Shown in pieces: positions 61,775 through 64,000 of a stretch of 64,000 nucleotides of DNA (within the stretch, counting starts at the first letter, position 1; every line of letters starts with the position of its first letter). Below the pieces are notes generated by a model, which was not told where the DNA came from, did not search any database, and saw nothing but the letters and a program-made list of their open reading frames with translations. A program made the translations under genes and the position numbers. The DNA comes from Vulcanimicrobiota bacterium (GTDB taxonomy: Bacteria > Vulcanimicrobiota > Vulcanimicrobiia > Vulcanimicrobiales > Vulcanimicrobiaceae): NCBI GenBank assembly GCA_963812155.1, contig CAWETW010000002.1, forward strand, positions 32,001 through 96,000. The letters run 5' to 3'.

Positions 61775-62791
61775 ATGCGCATCGGTATCAACGGTTTCGG
61801 CCGCATAGGAAGAAACTTCGCGAAGGCGTTGATCGAACGCCATCCCGGCGTCGAGATTGCCGCCGTGAACGATCTCACCAGCGCCGCTGAGTGCGCGCAC
61901 CTGTTCAAGTACGACAGTAACTACGGAACGTATTCGGGCGACGTCTCGGCCGACGGCGACGAACTCGTCATCGACGACCGTCGCATCAAGGTAATGGCCG
62001 AGCGCGACCCGGCAAAGTTACCGTGGAAACGCCTCGGCGCCGACGTCGTCATCGAATCGACCGGTCTGTTTACCGACGCTGCCAAAGCGCGCGCGCACAT
62101 CGACGGCGGCGGCGCCAAGAAAGTGTTGATTTCGGCGCCGGCCAAGGGCGAAGACATCACGGTCGTGCTCGGCGTGAACGACGGCGCTTACGACCCCGCC
62201 AAGCACGACGTCATCTCGAATGCGTCGTGCACGACGAACTGCCTCGCGACTGCGGTCAAGCCGATCGTCGATCATCTCGGGTGGGTCAAGGGATTCATGA
62301 CGACGATTCACTCCTATACGAACGATCAGAACATTCTCGACGCCCCGCATAAGGACTTACGCCGAGCCCGCAACGCCGCCACCAACATCATTCCAACCTC
62401 AACCGGAGCCGCTAAGGCTCTCTACTTGACGATTCCGGAGGTCGAGGGAACGTTCGACGGATTCTCCTTGCGCGTTCCGACCCCGACCGTTTCGATGATC
62501 TATCTCGTCGCGCAAACCAAGAAGCCGACCACGCGTCAGGAACTCAACGCCATCCTGCGCCGCGCCGCCGAAAACGAGCTCCGCGAATACGTGGGGTATA
62601 CCGAAAAGGAACTGGTCTCGAGCGATTTCAAACGGGATCCGCACAGTTCGATTATCGACGGGAAGTTGACCAACGCGCTGGGCGACCTCATTCAAATCGG
62701 CGCGTGGTACGACAACGAGTGGGGCTATTCGTGCCGCTTGGCCGATTTGACCGCCGTCGTCCTCGAGAAGCTTCCAGTCGCCGCGCCGTAG
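61775..62791 (+). CDS. gap: Type I glyceraldehyde-3-phosphate dehydrogenase
   Basis: GINGFGRIGR, SNASCTTNCL, IIPTSTGAAKA, WYDNEWGYS. Confidence 0.98.
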   Translation: MRIGINGFGRIGRNFAKALIERHPGVEIAAVNDLTSAAECAHLFKYDSNYGTYSGDVSADGDELVIDDRRIKVMAERDPAKLPWKRLGADVVIESTGLFTDAAKARAHIDGGGAKKVLISAPAKGEDITVVLGVNDGAYDPAKHDVISNASCTTNCLATAVKPIVDHLGWVKGFMTTIHSYTNDQNILDAPHKDLRRARNAATNIIPTSTGAAKALYLTIPEVEGTFDGFSLRVPTPTVSMIYLVAQTKKPTTRQELNAILRRAAENELREYVGYTEKELVSSDFKRDPHSSIIDGKLTNALGDLIQIGAWYDNEWGYSCRLADLTAVVLEKLPVAAP

Positions 62792-62800
62792 GCGCTCGCC

Positions 62801-63982
62801 GTGAGCGTTGCGAAGGTCGAAGATCTTGGGGTGCGCGGCAAGCGCGTGCTGGTTCGCGAGGATCTCAACGTCCCGATGAACGGCACGGCGATTGCCGACT
62901 ACACCCGCGTCGATGCCGCGATTCCCACGCTAAAGCTCCTGCTCGATCGCGGGGCGCGCGTCGCCATCCTCTCGCATCTGGGGCGGCCCGATGGTAAGCC
63001 CGACCGCGCGCTGTCGCTGCGTCCGGTGGCCGGCGCACTCTCCGAGCGACTCCACGTGCCGGTTGCATTCGCCGGCGATTGCGTCGGTGACGTCGCGCGC
63101 CGCGCCGTCGACGCGCTCGAGGACGGCCAGGCCGTCCTACTCGAAAACGTGCGGTTTCATCCGGAAGAGGAACGCAACGATCCGGCGTTCGCGAAGCGTT
63201 TGGCCGATCTCGGCGATCTCTACGTCAACGACGCGTTCGGCACCGCCCACCGGGCGCACGCATCGACCGAGGGCATCGCGCACCTGTTGCCGAGCGCTGC
63301 CGGACTCCTGATGGAAGCCGAGCTGCATGCGCTCTCGAGTCTGGTTGAAAATCCCGCCAAACCGTTCGTCTGCGCGATCGGCGGAGCGAAGGTCAAAGAC
63401 AAAATCGGCGTCTTCAACCGCCTCATGCAACTCGTCGACGCGTTCTGCATCGGCGGCGGCATGGCCAATACGTTTCTCTCCGCGCTCGGCGTCCACGTCG
63501 GAAAATCGCTGTGCGACCCCGACCCCGAGCCGGCGATCTACGTGTTCGAACGCGCAAGGCTTCAGCACGTCGAACTGCTCCTTCCCAAGGATGCCGTCGT
63601 GGCGCCGTCACTGGATTCGCCGGAAACGCGCATCGTCGATATCGGCGACGTCGGCGATGCGATGATCCTCGACATCGGGCCGGCGACCGCCGCTGCCTAC
63701 GCCGCGGCGATCGAGCAGGCAAAAACGATCGTCTTCAATGGTCCGATGGGGGTCTATGAGAACCCGCACTATCGCAGCGGCACGCAAGCGGTCGGCGATG
63801 CCATCGCGCGCGCGACGTCGCACGGTGCGATCAGCGTCGTCGGAGGCGGCGATGCGGCGGCCGCGGCGCACCTGCTCGGATTTGCCGGCAAGATGACGCA
63901 CGTCTCGACCGGCGGCGGCGCGACGCTGGAATTTTTGGAAGGCAAAACGTTGCCCGGCGTCGCGGCGCTGGAGTCGCCTTGA
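62801..63982 (+). CDS. pgk: Phosphoglycerate kinase
   Basis: [38 protein letters not shown]. Confidence 0.98.
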   Translation: MSVAKVEDLGVRGKRVLVREDLNVPMNGTAIADYTRVDAAIPTLKLLLDRGARVAILSHLGRPDGKPDRALSLRPVAGALSERLHVPVAFAGDCVGDVARRAVDALEDGQAVLLENVRFHPEEERNDPAFAKRLADLGDLYVNDAFGTAHRAHASTEGIAHLLPSAAGLLMEAELHALSSLVENPAKPFVCAIGGAKVKDKIGVFNRLMQLVDAFCIGGGMANTFLSALGVHVGKSLCDPDPEPAIYVFERARLQHVELLLPKDAVVAPSLDSPETRIVDIGDVGDAMILDIGPATAAAYAAAIEQAKTIVFNGPMGVYENPHYRSGTQAVGDAIARATSHGAISVVGGGDAAAAAHLLGFAGKMTHVSTGGGATLEFLEGKTLPGVAALESP

Positions 63983-64000
63983 CGCGCACGATCGTGGCCG
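63979..64000 (+). CDS. tpiA: Start of probable triosephosphate isomerase, truncated by the window end
   Basis: TTG overlapping the pgk stop gives MTRTIVA, consistent with the IVAGNWK start of TpiA; gap-pgk-tpi synteny. Confidence 0.6.

Overview
High-GC bacterial chromosomal window with no rRNA, tRNA, CRISPR array, transposase or integrase that I can see. It holds about 58 CDS. Gene content (whiA-gap-pgk-tpiA, Firmicute-like mfd-prsA-mazG-S4 order, plus an LptD-like outer-membrane protein) suggests a diderm Terrabacteria lineage such as Eremiobacterota; this is inference only. Blocks: (1) 1-8.5 kb, a nucleotide-sugar operon (flippase, rfbD, gmd, rmd; rfbC divergent) with B12-dependent lysine 5,6-aminomutase kamDE embedded in it and coupled to gmd. 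(2) 8.5-12.2 kb, ECF sigma, anti-sigma and a beta-helix membrane protein, then an aminotransferase. (3) 12.2-22 kb, an accessory block: arylsulfatase, formylglycine-generating enzyme, several transporters, a channel-like protein with an altered filter and a degenerate M48 peptidase. (4) 22-52 kb, a large envelope-glycosylation region: five GT-C-like membrane proteins (three giant paralogues), polyprenol-P-sugar synthases, priming transferase, MurJ, O-antigen ligase, an amino-sugar/ATP-grasp module and a nested inverted-repeat element. (5) 52-64 kb, housekeeping genes with an orphan kal and a padR-MATE unit. At least 11 single-base frameshifts (rmd, kamD, rfbD, anti-sigma, the next gene, NRAMP, mfd) are most likely sequencing or assembly indels. 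All family calls come from motif recognition, not database searches.
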